NCBI GenBank assembly: GCA_024704765.1 | Contig: JAKMXF010000311.1 | Location: forward strand, 62,001 to 126,000 | Source of the DNA: Oopsacas minuta | Taxonomy: Eukaryota > Animalia > Porifera | Direction: 5' to 3' | DNA: 64,000 nt | Shown here: in pieces, positions 32,889-45,585 of the stretch | Numbering within the stretch: the first letter of the stretch is position 1 | Layout of the letters: the number at the start of each line of letters is the position of its first letter | Notes under the pieces: model-generated | The model's input: the letters and a program-made list of their open reading frames with translations, nothing else | What the model was told of the DNA's origin: nothing | Databases searched by the model: none | Translations under genes and position numbers: made by a program

Positions 32889-33200
32889 TAGTCAGGGTTG
32901 CCATTGTGGGAACGGATTTCCAATTCCCATTGTCGATAGGGTATTCCTATGGTGTTTTCTTAAAGGATTCCCACAGGACCTGCCCACGAATTCTATAAGG
33001 AGCAATGTTATGGTAATTAATTACTACAAGGCATAGACTCCTTTAAAGGAGTCTATGTACAAGGGAAGGGAAAGCATGCAACTGAATTACAGTGAAAGGG
33101 TTCATTCATCTCATGAGAATTCGCAGAGCTTAGTGAGTGTGGATTCATGGCAATTCACATAGAAAGAAAATCATTCCCATCCCCACGACAACCCTGACTA
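32889..33200. mobile_element. MITE with TAGTCAGGGTTG terminal inverted repeats
   Basis: TAGTCAGGGTTGCCATTGTGGG at the left; CCCCACGACAACCCTGACTA at the right. Confidence 0.6.
33032..33057. repeat. Perfect 26-bp palindrome flanked by 7-bp direct repeats
   Basis: TACAAGG|CATAGACTCCTTTAAAGGAGTCTATG|TACAAGG. Confidence 0.9.
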
Positions 33201-33291
33201 TAGTAGGTTATTTCCAAATAAGGAAAAATAAAAATTACGCATAGATAGTCGAGTTAAGCGAAACTGGATCTCGGATAAATTTAATACTAAA

Positions 33292-34416
33292 TTAAGTGAT
33301 TAAAATAAGACCATCATCTCTAACAACACTCCAGGTAATCAACTCAGAATAAGCGAGTATGATTCTTCGCCAATAATTTGTGACATCTTCCATCTTTAAG
33401 TGTTCTTCAATAAATTTCTTTCCATTTCTAGCGATAATCTCAACAATCTCATCATTTTCTTGTAGAAATTTTAATAAATCTTCTACTTCTTCGAGTGACG
33501 TAGAAACTGGTATATAATGAAACCATGGTATAAGCTCTGGATAGAAAAACTCAATCCAATCCTCACCAACATGTAACACTAGAGATTCACATAAGAATAA
33601 ATGACGTAATCTAAAGCTAGCGGCTACGCCACGAAAATTAAACAAATATTTATATGGACAGTGTTGCTCAAATGTGACAATTTCCGCAGGATCCAATCCC
33701 AAAGTATCTTTAGAGGATTTCCAAGCTTGATTTTTAGTATAACGAGCTTCGATTAAGTGTGGCTTTTCGCGAGATAACATAATCAACGGATCCCTCTCAG
33801 ATGAAGTTCGCGAACCCCTGAAAAACCCAACATTCTTCTTATCAGCCCATGGAGTTCTGAAAGCACTTTCTCTAATGCTTCCAATTTTCAAATCCCATCT
33901 ACCTAATCCTGAAGGCTCTGTTTGTATAGATGGTCCTCCTGCCCAGAACGACCATGCAGGGTATAATATATCAATTTCTCTATTAGATTTGCTGAAGGAG
34001 AATAAAGGAATTGGCTCGCTATATTTAGAAACTTTCGGATGATCATGAACATTTAATACAAACTCCGTGTTCGGTAAATCACGAGCGAATAGTTTGAGAA
34101 AATATTCAATTCCTGTACATCTTGAAGGGAATAAACATAATTCTTGTCTGTAAATTTTTCCGTTTATTATTTGATAGTGAATACCGTGTTTATATGTCGC
34201 CTGAAAACTTTCATAGTCAATTCTACCTTTTTGACGCCATATTAAGAAATCGTGCTCCAATTGGCCCTGAAAACAGTTGTCATTACAATCAGAAGAATTT
34301 TGTAATTGTCTAATCTCTCTTAGCCATGTGTAGGGATGGTATACAAAATTTTGAAACGAAAAATCAATTATTTCAATAAGTGTACACAAAATAATTAGTA
34401 AAGCTCTCTGCTTCAT
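33292..34416 (-). CDS. POGLUT1: Protein O-glucosyltransferase 1 (Rumi; GT90/CAP10 family), intronless, 374 aa
   Basis: Signal peptide, CLFPSRCTGIEYF, GLGRWD, FFRGSRTS.ERDPL, YKYLFNFRGVAASFRLRHLFLC, EFFY..L.PW.HYIPV. Confidence 0.92.
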   Translation of the reverse strand: MKQRALLIILCTLIEIIDFSFQNFVYHPYTWLREIRQLQNSSDCNDNCFQGQLEHDFLIWRQKGRIDYESFQATYKHGIHYQIINGKIYRQELCLFPSRCTGIEYFLKLFARDLPNTEFVLNVHDHPKVSKYSEPIPLFSFSKSNREIDILYPAWSFWAGGPSIQTEPSGLGRWDLKIGSIRESAFRTPWADKKNVGFFRGSRTSSERDPLIMLSREKPHLIEARYTKNQAWKSSKDTLGLDPAEIVTFEQHCPYKYLFNFRGVAASFRLRHLFLCESLVLHVGEDWIEFFYPELIPWFHYIPVSTSLEEVEDLLKFLQENDEIVEIIARNGKKFIEEHLKMEDVTNYWRRIILAYSELITWSVVRDDGLILIT

Positions 34417-34939
34417 ATTGTGTAATTTATCTAATTATAGAAAGAGACAGTCATCATCGAGTTTGCCTTATGCAAATTTAATATTGCATGAATTTTACTT
34501 GCTAAACGCGAATTTGCTATCATGATAACAATCTCCCATACAAATTTCAGTCAACGTCCACGATAAATGTTGCTAATAGGCAAACTCAACTGTATATAGT
34601 AAAACAAACATAAGTGCGGATTCTTGGGTCTTTAGCCAGCCTCTGGTGAGTCCATAGAGTTCAAATGTGAGAAAATCACAAAAATTCTGTATATGGTAGT
34701 GTAGTTCACTTACGAACTGATCTTCTTATACGGATAGTGAGTATATTCAAAATTGTATGTAAATGAACTGTATTAGTATATAACATAGACAACAGAATGA
34801 AAAATGAAAAGTCTGGAAACAGGGTAAATATAATTATAATAATACCTATGACTGGAAGCAATTTGACTCAAAACAAAAGAGACAATTTTTAAGATAACCA
34901 CATATAATAATTCATAAAATCAGATATATTCACCCTTTC

Positions 34940-36317
34940 TCAGTTGTCTCCCTTTCTGAGGTTGTCAAGGCGTGCCTGGAGATCTGCATCAATGTCATCA
35001 GAAGGTCCATCTGCCGCTCCAGTCGATCCACCACCGCTAGCACCTCCACCACTACCACCTGTACTCCCATTAGCCGTCGCTGCTGTCTTTGAGGCAATCT
35101 TACCCTTCCCACCTTCTGCCTGCCCAGGTAGGTATTGAGCTAATTCTTCAGTCAGCTCTAGGCCGAGTTCATCGAACACTTGTGCTACGATCTGGTCTGA
35201 TTCCTCGTCATCATCAGCGTCACCTAGAATTGTATACAAACCAATGAAAATATAGTAATAGAATTGAGAATAATTTTAAGCGAAGTAATGCCTAGCCAGG
35301 ACTTATGCTAAAAATGTATCAGTGTTGCAAGATGATGAACAATGTTCATAGATTTGGCTTATGGCATAAACTTTGACTTAGGGCAAGATCTTAGCATGAA
35401 CGTTTGACTTTTGGCATAATGGTAAAATAAATTTTAGTCTCTTCAAGAGTCTGCTATGAACTTTCAGGTCAATGTCGTGAACATAGCATGAACTTTGTGA
35501 GGACCTAGCTGGCAACACTGAGCCATTTATTGTCTCTGGCATGTTAGTATAAATGCTCTCCCACATTGACGAACTAAACTCATGAGCCAGTGTGGCAAAG
35601 ATGACATCATGCCCACTCGCCCTACACTTTGTATTATGGTAGAGTAAAATCTGTGTGAGCACGTGGCCACCCAAAATGACCCTAGTTGCGCCTATGTTTA
35701 CACTATGTCAGGTTTCCATATTATTTCCTCTGGAAGTGTCACAACCTTTGAGCTACCCAGCACAAACTTTCCCATGGCGACTCAAACCTAGATATTTAGC
35801 ATGTTTACATATGCAACCCAGATCTATATAAATCACGCATTCTACACCCTGTGCATGATATAAACTCACCAATTACATCGTCAACAGCATCATTCATTAC
35901 TTCCTCCTTCATGTCCATGATCTCGGATTGCTTCTCAAACTCCATCATGATTTTCTGAATCTGAGGCAGATTCATTTTATTGTTCATTCTCTTCATAGCC
36001 CTTGTTACACCTTTCATTGCATTTGCCATTGAAGCCTGCGATTTTAGAGTTTGGACTTTCAAAGAGATAGCTTGTATATTCGCACGCATTATAATGAATT
36101 TTTTAATGTAGTTCCTTGTACGTACTAAATCCTTTGCCATGATTTTAACAGCATCCATTTGTCCAGCTTTAGCCATTTTCTTTATGTCAAGGATTAATTT
36201 CTTCTCTTGCTGCTCCAATTTAGATCTTTCTCTATCAAGTTCTCGCATAGCCCGGGTCAAGGCACGTTGATTCTTCCTCAACATCTCTTCTGGAGTTGTA
36301 CGACTGAAAAATGCCAT
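34940..36317 (-). CDS. CHMP2A: Charged multivesicular body protein 2a (ESCRT-III, Vps2); 2 exons (36317-35870, 35223-34940), 243 aa
   Basis: TPEEMLRKNQRAL.RAMRELDRER, MAKDLVRTR, FEKQSEIMDMKEE, DEEESDQIVAQVFDELG-like segment and C-terminal MIM DLQARLDNLRK. One 646-nt GT-AG phase-1 intron. Confidence 0.95.
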
Positions 36318-36820
36318 TTCTCACGCGTTTAGTACAAATTAATGAATACTGTTTTGAACAAAGTTGTATATAAATAGACAAAATCGCTTTATCATTAGTT
36401 TGTTCTATAATTATAATTAGCACATGGTTATTATCCAAGAAATATTATGTTAGTCAAAATAATACGTAAACTTGATATATACGTACATTTCAACAAATCA
36501 GTCGAAAACACGATTATGAAACAATAACAAGAAGACCGAATCATACGTATATGTGCAGGATTTCCTTATAAGTGGTGACCAAATGCGTTGTATGAAATTT
36601 AGTTACCAAAAATAGTAACAAAGTGAATTGAAACAGAATAAAGTTGTAAAGTGCATTATGTAGAGAAAATTTGTAATGTTAGATGGTTTATGCATACAAG
36701 CTATTCTGAGTGAAACCATTATTGACCATAGAAATGACTACCTCATTGTAATAGATGGTTAAAAACCATGTAGTAATTACGTAGGCTTTTAGCCATCTCA
36801 GTGTAGCACTGCAGCTCGTA

Positions 36821-36915
36821 CAGTGGAACCTGCACAATCCGACACCAGTTTGGACATAGTCTCGGATTAGCAAATTGTCGTGTTTTACAGAAGTTGAATT
36901 ATGCAAGTTCCACTT
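36821..36915. mobile_element. pogo/Tigger-like MITE, family A copy 3 (short)
   Basis: TA|CAGTGGAACCTGCACAATCCGACAC...TTATGCAAGTTCCACT. Confidence 0.6.
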
Positions 36916-37302
36916 TATAACCGAAGGCGGAAAAATTTTAATTCTCAGATTGGAACAATACTACAACGGAAATCAGTGCATTTCAAAGAAATTTCCGAAA
37001 TTTTGACTGCTAAATTCGGTTAAAATACGCTGCGTTGGAAAGAACCAATTGTGAATCACCTAGTGACTATCTGGCTATTAATTGGAAGACGCAAAATAGT
37101 AAAAACTTGAGAAAAAAGTGAAAATGTTAATCAATCTTGCACAATAATTGAAAATTATTTACAGGATGATGTCACCAAGTATAGAAAATTATGAAAAATA
37201 TAAAAATGTAATTATCAAATCAAATTACAAAATATTCAGAAAGCGGAAAAGTCCTGGAGAATTATCCAGAATAATACCAAATCCATTTTTGAGGGGAACT
37301 AA

Positions 37303-38571
37303 TTATAAATATGGGTGTGCGAAGAAAAAATGTTTCGTCAGAGTACTCTCAGAAGGTGGTACCTGAACTCCATCAATATTTAGTTTACCCATTGACTTTG
37401 TTGACAACTCTTCTACTCTTCGACGAAATTCTAGTTCAAAATCGCCAAATTTTTTACGTCTCATTTCAGGATCATCGAGGGTTTGACATAAAGTTTGCAG
37501 AAATATGGTACCAGTAGATTCCCGAAACGCGGCGTTACCATCTGTAGTTGCGTAGAAGCGCAAAATATCCTTTGGAATCTTCGACAGTTGGGAAGCACCC
37601 CCTTTTGTTCCTAGACCATCTGTATCAACCATTAGATGTTCCAAATCGGCAGTATTATCACTGATACCTCCTTGCCCGCGACAATTCTGGAAGAAAAATA
37701 GCTTTGGTCTACCAGCAAGGCACTCACAATACTCATCTTGAAAGTCCAAAATTAAAGAATCACGACTTCTTTTACCACCACATCCAAATTTAACATTTTT
37801 CTCGTCACCATGTGATGAAAATATGAATATCAAAGAATCTGATTTTAATTCGTCAATCAGTATTTTCATTTTTCCTACCCATATTTCGTAATCTTCAGCA
37901 CTTACATTATCACAATCTTTAACCTCATAATTCAGGCTTGTAAAAACCTTTCTCAGAGGTATAACGTCTTCTGATGCGTATTCACGGTATATATTCACTA
38001 TCAAGCATACACCACGTTTCCCAGTTGTATTTATATGGTAACAATCTGTTATGTCGAGTGTATGCTGTTGAGGTTCTCCAGAGTAATATTTACGTGGAGC
38101 CTGTGAACTATCTGATGAGCGTTGCTGTACTGAATCATCGAGAATATAGACATCAGGTTTGGGAATATTCTCAAAAGGATTGGATAGGGATATTTTTGGA
38201 AGTATTATGCAATCTATATTATTGTTCAGCTCTTGAATATCATCTAATCGAGATGTAAGCTCTCCATATGTTCTTTTATTGTTATTGATAATTTCACCAA
38301 AAAACAATACAATTTTCCCAACACTAGTTTGCAATTTTGTTTCATCAAATAGAAGTAATTCCTCTAATAATTCAAAATACGCGAGTTCATCTCCACAGTT
38401 TTGGAATGATTTAGTATATCCGATTTTCAATTTTTCTTTTAAGGTACTTTGAGTGTCTTTCTTTAAGGTTATAAAGCGATTTCCAAATTCTTCAGAATCG
38501 ATTAATTCATAAATAGCCTTTCTGTATAAAAGAAGTTTGTACACCTGTTCTTCGTTAAGGGGCATACCCAA
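37303..38571 (-). CDS. Caspase-family protease with N-terminal helical prodomain, intronless, 422 aa
   Basis: RGVCLIVN, FSSHG, LAGRPKLFFFQNCRG, DILRFYATTDGNAAFRESTGTIFLQTL, QVPPSESTLTKHFFF. The catalytic His and Cys are intact. Confidence 0.9.
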   Translation of the reverse strand: MGMPLNEEQVYKLLLYRKAIYELIDSEEFGNRFITLKKDTQSTLKEKLKIGYTKSFQNCGDELAYFELLEELLLFDETKLQTSVGKIVLFFGEIINNNKRTYGELTSRLDDIQELNNNIDCIILPKISLSNPFENIPKPDVYILDDSVQQRSSDSSQAPRKYYSGEPQQHTLDITDCYHINTTGKRGVCLIVNIYREYASEDVIPLRKVFTSLNYEVKDCDNVSAEDYEIWVGKMKILIDELKSDSLIFIFSSHGDEKNVKFGCGGKRSRDSLILDFQDEYCECLAGRPKLFFFQNCRGQGGISDNTADLEHLMVDTDGLGTKGGASQLSKIPKDILRFYATTDGNAAFRESTGTIFLQTLCQTLDDPEMRRKKFGDFELEFRRRVEELSTKSMGKLNIDGVQVPPSESTLTKHFFFAHPYL

Positions 38572-39108
38572 ATGTCACCTAGTAGCAAATTAAATAATAT
38601 TCAAAACTAAGGTATTTTAATAGTGTCTGATTTTCCAGAAATTGAGTTACCAAAAGCATATGTATATGGGTCACAAACCCACAATACTGTAGTCTATTTC
38701 TGACCAATTAACCCAAAATCGATTGCATAAGCTTATTACTTCGATATTGGCGGAGTTCGATATAACCGAAAAATAACGTAACTTTGAAAGTTTGGGGCAT
38801 ATTTGTGCAATATTAAATTTCGAAAAAAGAAGCTATTTAGATATATCCGTGCTCGATATCATGGCAGTTGAGCGTATATGCAAATTCTTAACGTATGGCC
38901 AATTTTAATATTGGTCAAGCTAGTACTCACAGAATCACGTGTACGAACGTCGCACAAGTGGAATTTTCTCTTAGGGTATAATTGTATAGGTTTATATAAA
39001 GATTAGATGCATAATGTTGAATTAACACAATAATAAGAGAAGATTATAAGAGATTGGGTTACAAGTTCAATCGAGTTGTTCACATAATTCGTGATACATG
39101 TATTGTGT

Positions 39109-42100
39109 TCATTTAAACTTTTCGCGTTCATTAGCCAACGCAAGCTGACGAACGTTTTTGATAGCGCCAGCAGCTGCTTCTTGTAGAATATCATCCTTTG
39201 ATCCTACCATCTCAACCAAAAGTTTCACTGCATTATTATCATGCATTGTAATACAATTATCTGGATCCTTAGATAGTTCAAAAAGTGCCCTAGCTGTTGC
39301 ACGATGAACGAGCGGATCTGATGACTTCAAGTATTGTACTAGCGGCGCAACAGCTTTACACTGACCAAAGCTAATCCGATTATTTCCCCATGTAGAACAA
39401 CGTGCAATTGTCTCGGCTAAATGCATACGCAGATGGTCATCAGCAGTGTGTGTTAGTTTAGCTAATAAAGGCACTACTCCATGGTCTGTGATAACACCAA
39501 GATTTTCCTCATCTTTGGCAATACAGGAAATAGCAGCACAAACTGATGCGACCAATTCTTTATAATCAGACTGTAATAGACTTACAATCAGTTCTAAACC
39601 ACCTACAAATGAACGTACCAATTCACCAGCATCTTTTGTATAATTTGTACAAGGACAGATAGCCCAGCATGCGCTAGCTTGTAGCTCTGGTTTGCCCGTT
39701 TTCAAAAGAGACCAGAGCAACCTAACGCCATCCTGTTTCTCAATCTGATTCATACTATCAGGATCCTGTGCAGCTTGCTCGATTGCTTTGGTGGCATTTA
39801 TGAGGAGGGATTGATTTGTTCCTTCAATTAGAAAATAATATAATGTACGTATAGGTAAAGAGATAATCACACAAAATGCAATAATAAGCATTACGAATAT
39901 TATTAGAGTGAAACCTGGAGATAGAAAAATCCTATTTGGGAATATAAATAATTATCTGCCCTTTACTATTCCCCTTCAACACTTTTGCGTAATATTTGAA
40001 TTTAAAAATTCCAGTTTTTCATGTTCTAAATAGAATATTCCTGATATAGGTACAATCGAAAATAGCCAGAAATATGTTTTGTTGAGTGACCCGGGGTTCT
40101 TAAAATGTTGGCAATTAGGACTTATTTCTCATAATTTTTTGTTTCTAGGAACAGGAGAGGTGAAATAATAGTATTTGATAGGAAATTTGAAAGTGATACG
40201 ACTTGCCTATGTCTACATCAAATGAACCTAAGTTTATTCGTATCCATAGTCCAAAAACTACTTAAAATTGAAAATTGGCATGTACTGTTGTCAACGAAGC
40301 TAAGTTGATTGAAATGATCAAACACATCATTGAAAATGATGGACGCTTTAGGAATAGCAGAAATTGCTGGAAATATAGTTGTAAATTATTGTCTATGTAG
40401 AAACGAATTTATAATAGCTGATTAAAGAAAGATACAAGGCAAAAATAATTAAGAACAAATTAGATCAATTTACACAGCATTAAGTTATAAAAGTGTTAAC
40501 ACACTTTAACGAAATGTCTCTACATAAATCTAATTAACGTATTTCCTTCAGGGCAAATTTATGCGCTAACCTATCCCACGCAGACAAAATTCTGACATTT
40601 TTGGGGAAATAATTAAATGATTTCGTTGGGCTGTGTTGACGCAATTACGCTGAATTATTCCTATAGGGAACAAAAGAAGGCTACTTATGAGTACTTGATA
40701 AACCAGAGATTAAGTAAAATAAGGATCGTGGGTGCTTTAGATATAAACACATTATTCAGAACAAAAGACCAAAATTCGACTGGAAAGTAATTTCTGTATC
40801 ACATTAGAAGGTAATTAAACTAATACACCAGTGAATGGATATTTAATTTGTATGAGAATTAGAGCATTTAAGATTATCAAATTTGAATAGAGTATATGAA
40901 CTTATCATATTAAATAATTATTAATTAGTATACTTCAGATTGGCGGTCAAATCATGGTCGCGAAAGTATGGTGCGGCAACAGTTTAAGTTCTGCAAATTA
41001 TCTAAGACAGGTTTTGTAAGAATGGATGCTCAAAATAATCATATTAAGCAGAAAATTCAAATACAGCACATAATAATCGTGATGTATCAATCTAATCCAC
41101 TTTAATTTTGGGATGAAATAAATAAAAACCAAAAAAACCTTTCCAAAACCTTTTAAACACCAATTCACTGCGTTACATACAATGCTTTTTGAACCAACAA
41201 TACATCGGCGAATTCTAACAACAGGCCAGGATAGGATTTTGGCATTGACAAACAATGCTTTTGCTTATATTTTCCATAAACTATCAAAAACATGAAGAGT
41301 CAATTATTAGAGTGCTTCTTTGGCAATTTTTGACATAATCAATTCGTAATTAGTTACAGGCCTAGGATTATTCATGGTTTGGTTAATATATTTGTGTATC
41401 TGAATTGAAGTTCAGATTAATTCTAACGAGAAATAAAGAGGCAATTTTTCTGTGAGTTTTTATATACAACTTTGATTCAAAAGACAAGAAGAAATCGTGG
41501 TAAGTTCTCTCGCTTTCCGTTTATTGACGAGGGATCTAAATCTGCCTTGGCGTGAATAGAATAAACTACAGTCCCTAGAATTGAAAAATGACAGAGACTA
41601 CTATTCACGTTTATTTAGCATCATTACTAATATGTAAATCCTAAGTATTTGAATAAAAATAGCACAAATATTGTCTAACAATGCTTTTGAACTACGAAGT
41701 TGTATTGCTTAACCATAAAAGCGCAGGCCAATAGAATTAATATGAATTTCTATTAATAACGAACTTAAATAAAGAAAATTATGTAACATAATGATATTAA
41801 CGAAAAGAAGTTAAAATATACTGGGATTGATTAAAATTATGAATTCTATTAGAAATTGCACGATTTCATGTACGAAAATCGAATAAATAGGTATTACTTC
41901 ATATATTAAATTATCTCATTCACACTATATAATTATAGTTTGGATACCAAACATTTCTATAATTCTGCGAAAAATGATGAAAATTAGTAATTTTAGATTT
42001 GTTAGAATGTTTCTATCAAATATTTGCAACTGTTAGATCGGAATTCTATAATAATCTGAAAAAAGCCACATAACGAAAAAATCTGCAGAAGTAGACCTAA

Positions 42101-45100
42101 TTAATAAATAAAATATGTAATAGGAAATAATATATTTGAGGATTATTCGGCTGAACTCATAGTTAAACTGAATATCATATGAAAAGGATATTGCAATCTT
42201 AAACAGGGTTACACCAATAATTGATGGCTTTGCAAAAAGTAAATTTGAAAGTATTTCTGAACATTTAGTTGAAAGTCTATACTACAGGATGTTTACAAGT
42301 ATATATGGTAGAAACACAGGCAATATTTGGTGAAATTCTACTATTTGATTATGTATCACGCAAATAATCAAATAGTAAGAAAGTTAGCAGTACAATTTGA
42401 CGCTCCTAGTTCGTAGTACAGTAACCGAAAATAGTATTAATAGCCTAATCCGGATAATACCATCAATTTTCAGTTCCTTTCAAAAATCTGCATAAGTCGA
42501 AAACACACTAATTTCAATTTATAGTGTCATGAGTGTATCAATATTAGTCAATTCTCTGAACGATTCGTTGGTCAATTGGTTGTATAGCATTGCTTAAACT
42601 GTGCACTATCTTGCCAGAATACCTTGTATATCTTAATGTAAATAAACCTCAAATGATTTCGCTCACAACGTAGTTAATACGGTAAACTCCGCTTAATAGG
42701 GTAGCAACTTTAAGCGGAAAAATGTGCTAGATTAACCGGGGAGCAACTTAACACTATTTGTACGGTTCTGTTTTGATCAGGTGACCCGAATAACTCTAGC
42801 TTAATCATGCGAGTCTACTGATGTATTTCAATAATCAACCAAAATTCAAGATTAAATATTCATACGTATAATCAAATATAATTCTAAAGTCCACCCAGTC
42901 ATATCCAATATATAGAAATTGAATTACTTAATGTCGGCGGCATCGTCGGCGAGATTTTATTCTATACACTTTTCAGTGTTGGGAATGTTATGCATTTTTC
43001 CTGAATTAGTGAAGGTTATTTGGTATTTAATACAGTGGAGTTTCCCAAAACGGACATTCCAAAAGGCGGACAACACCTCTACAACGGACAAGCTCGTGGA
43101 ACAAATTAAGTTAATAATACATGTAAATAGTATTTAATCAATCTCTGAGAAGCGGACATCTCACCTATAAATGACAAAATCTATTCCCAATGTATCCGTT
43201 ATAGGGAGACTCCAATGTGTACTAACCCTACAATTTTATCTCAGTGACATCAGGTAACCCTCACAAAATTATAAATTCATACCTTTTAGAAGTTGTACTA
43301 GCGGAATAATACCACCAGCCTTCCTAATAGCAATTCTATTGTCAGAGTCTTTAGCACATTGTCCTATAGCTCCTACTACGTTAATCAACACCCCTTCCGG
43401 CTGGCCAGATAACAGCCCGACTAAATGAGAGATAGCATTCTGTTTCTTGAATTGTTTCACGTTAACTGGAGACATCGAGCACTTCCATATCGCTCCGGTA
43501 GCAGCAGCTAGTAACTCTTTATTCTTGACTTGAGAGAGAAGCTTTACTAATGGAGTGAGTCCATTGAATTCACGTACTAAATTCCTCGTTTCAGGTTCTT
43601 CTGCGCATTTGAATATTGCAGACGCGCAGTGCATTTTCAACTCTTCACTTTCATTAGTCAATCCTTTCACAAAATCTTCTATCATTCCCTCCTGACGAAT
43701 AAGTTTACGATATTCAGGCCTAGAGAATAAAAAACAGGCATTTCAAAACTATTTCATGTTCATCGTTCGGAATGATCATCACCCATTATTAAACAAACCC
43801 ATAAGATAATTACGCGAATTATACAGCACAACCCCTATAATATGGTGATATTATGTACTTTTGAGTTGTCTGTCTAGTTAGTATCGTTATAGCCGTATTT
43901 ATCTATTAGTATGCTATATGGGCATGATGCATGATGATACGTATAGTGATAATTTCTCGTGTTCCCCCATTATCCAACATCCACAATTGACTATACATAA
44001 TTTGAGAACTTTGATTTCTTAGGTAGAACATAATATAATATTAGTTACCAAGTAACATGGAATTCCCTATTAGCAAATCATATTTTGCATGAATTTTTCG
44101 TTGATAATACGCGAATTTATCATTAAGATTTATAGTATATCCCATGTCTAATATGAATTCTACGTATTTGAAGATCATACATTATACATATGGTGATAAG
44201 TTTCACTAGTGACACAGGGTTGGAAATTCTGAAACGTATTAGTGAGTATCTCATAGAAATCTTTAGAAACTCTTTTATCAGAATACGTAGATTGCGAATT
44301 AGATACCAAATAGCCTTTGAATTATAATCTTTTACTGTATTGACATCAAGAATAGGCCCACTATTGTATTATTTGTAAGGTAATTTTGGATATAATGAAT
44401 ACTTTAATCTGAGTAGGGAAATATTTGAAATATATGAATATGAAGGGTAATACTTCCATAGCGATAAAACTATATGATTAATTATAATTCAAATATGCCC
44501 TTTCAGTAACATTGAATAATATTATAATCAAGATAGTAGAGAAACATCTGAATGAACTGAGGGGTATAACGTATTGTATTCAAGTAGGCAATGAAGAAAC
44601 ACTATAATTTCTGGTCTTATATTCGTATAGATAGGACTGCCTAATTTTCTAATGATGTATTAGATAGTATCAAATGATATAACTGTGCGTATATGAATTA
44701 ATAAAATAGAAAAACCTCTAATTCATGGAAAATAGCTATATTATGACGTTAAGATTACTTTAAGAATTGGAAACTGACACACGTACAATTATATTTGAAA
44801 AATTGAGCAAAAATTTGATGAAAATCGGTGTAAATGAATTATCAATTATTAAATAGTGTTGAATTTGGGGTAAGCTGGAAATTCGGGAGAAGTTATACCA
44901 GATTTGGAACTAGGTTCACTTTTCAGCACCCGAATCTCAATCCCCATCTCAACCCAAGCTCGAAACTGATTTGATTAATCTAATTGAGGGTCAATTTTGG
45001 ACCTGAAACCCAAAACCAAACCGACCAAACCGAAAACACGAGCTCGATAATGAGATATCAACCCTAGGATATTCACCCAAGCTTTGGGGAATAGAGTATA

Positions 45101-45585
45101 ACTCAAGATAATTTAGCACTGATTTTCTAATCAAGTTGCCAAATATGAGATTCATCTCCAACTTTTTGTATTGAACTACGCGTTTGGTATAATATCTAGC
45201 TGCACTATAATTTTGGGAAATGTAACTTCTTGTATAATCGCCAATTCACCAAGTTGCATATCAAGCACATATATTTGAAAATAGAAACGAAGTTGTTAAA
45301 AACTAACCTTGAAGCACATTCCTGTAACGTTCCAACAGCTGGAACAAGAACAGACTGTTTATCACTTTTAAGCAGCTTTGCTAACAGTGGGAATATCCCA
45401 GCTCGCTGCATTGCCTCTTTATTTCTATCACTCTTGCTGCAGCTCCATAGAGCTAATGCACCTGCTTTAGCCACGTCAAGAGGTGTCAAATCAACAACAA
45501 GTTTATTAGAATCAACTTTATCTATCGGCATATCAGCATACTCCAGTATCGCAACTAACTTCGGAATACCGTAATGTTGACGGAC
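39109..45585 (-). CDS. ODAD2: Outer dynein arm docking complex subunit 2 (ARMC4), C-terminal 475 aa; exons 45585-45308, 43719-43283, 39821-39109; 5' exons not located
   Basis: Armadillo repeats [80 protein letters not shown] junctions keep the frame (phases 2 and 1). Introns are 1588 and 3461 nt. Confidence 0.9.

Noticed and set aside
39822-39891. N-terminal hydrophobic stretch of ORF 39109..39891 suggesting a membrane anchor
   Set aside because: It is intron sequence upstream of the splice acceptor at 39822-39823 of the last ODAD2 exon.
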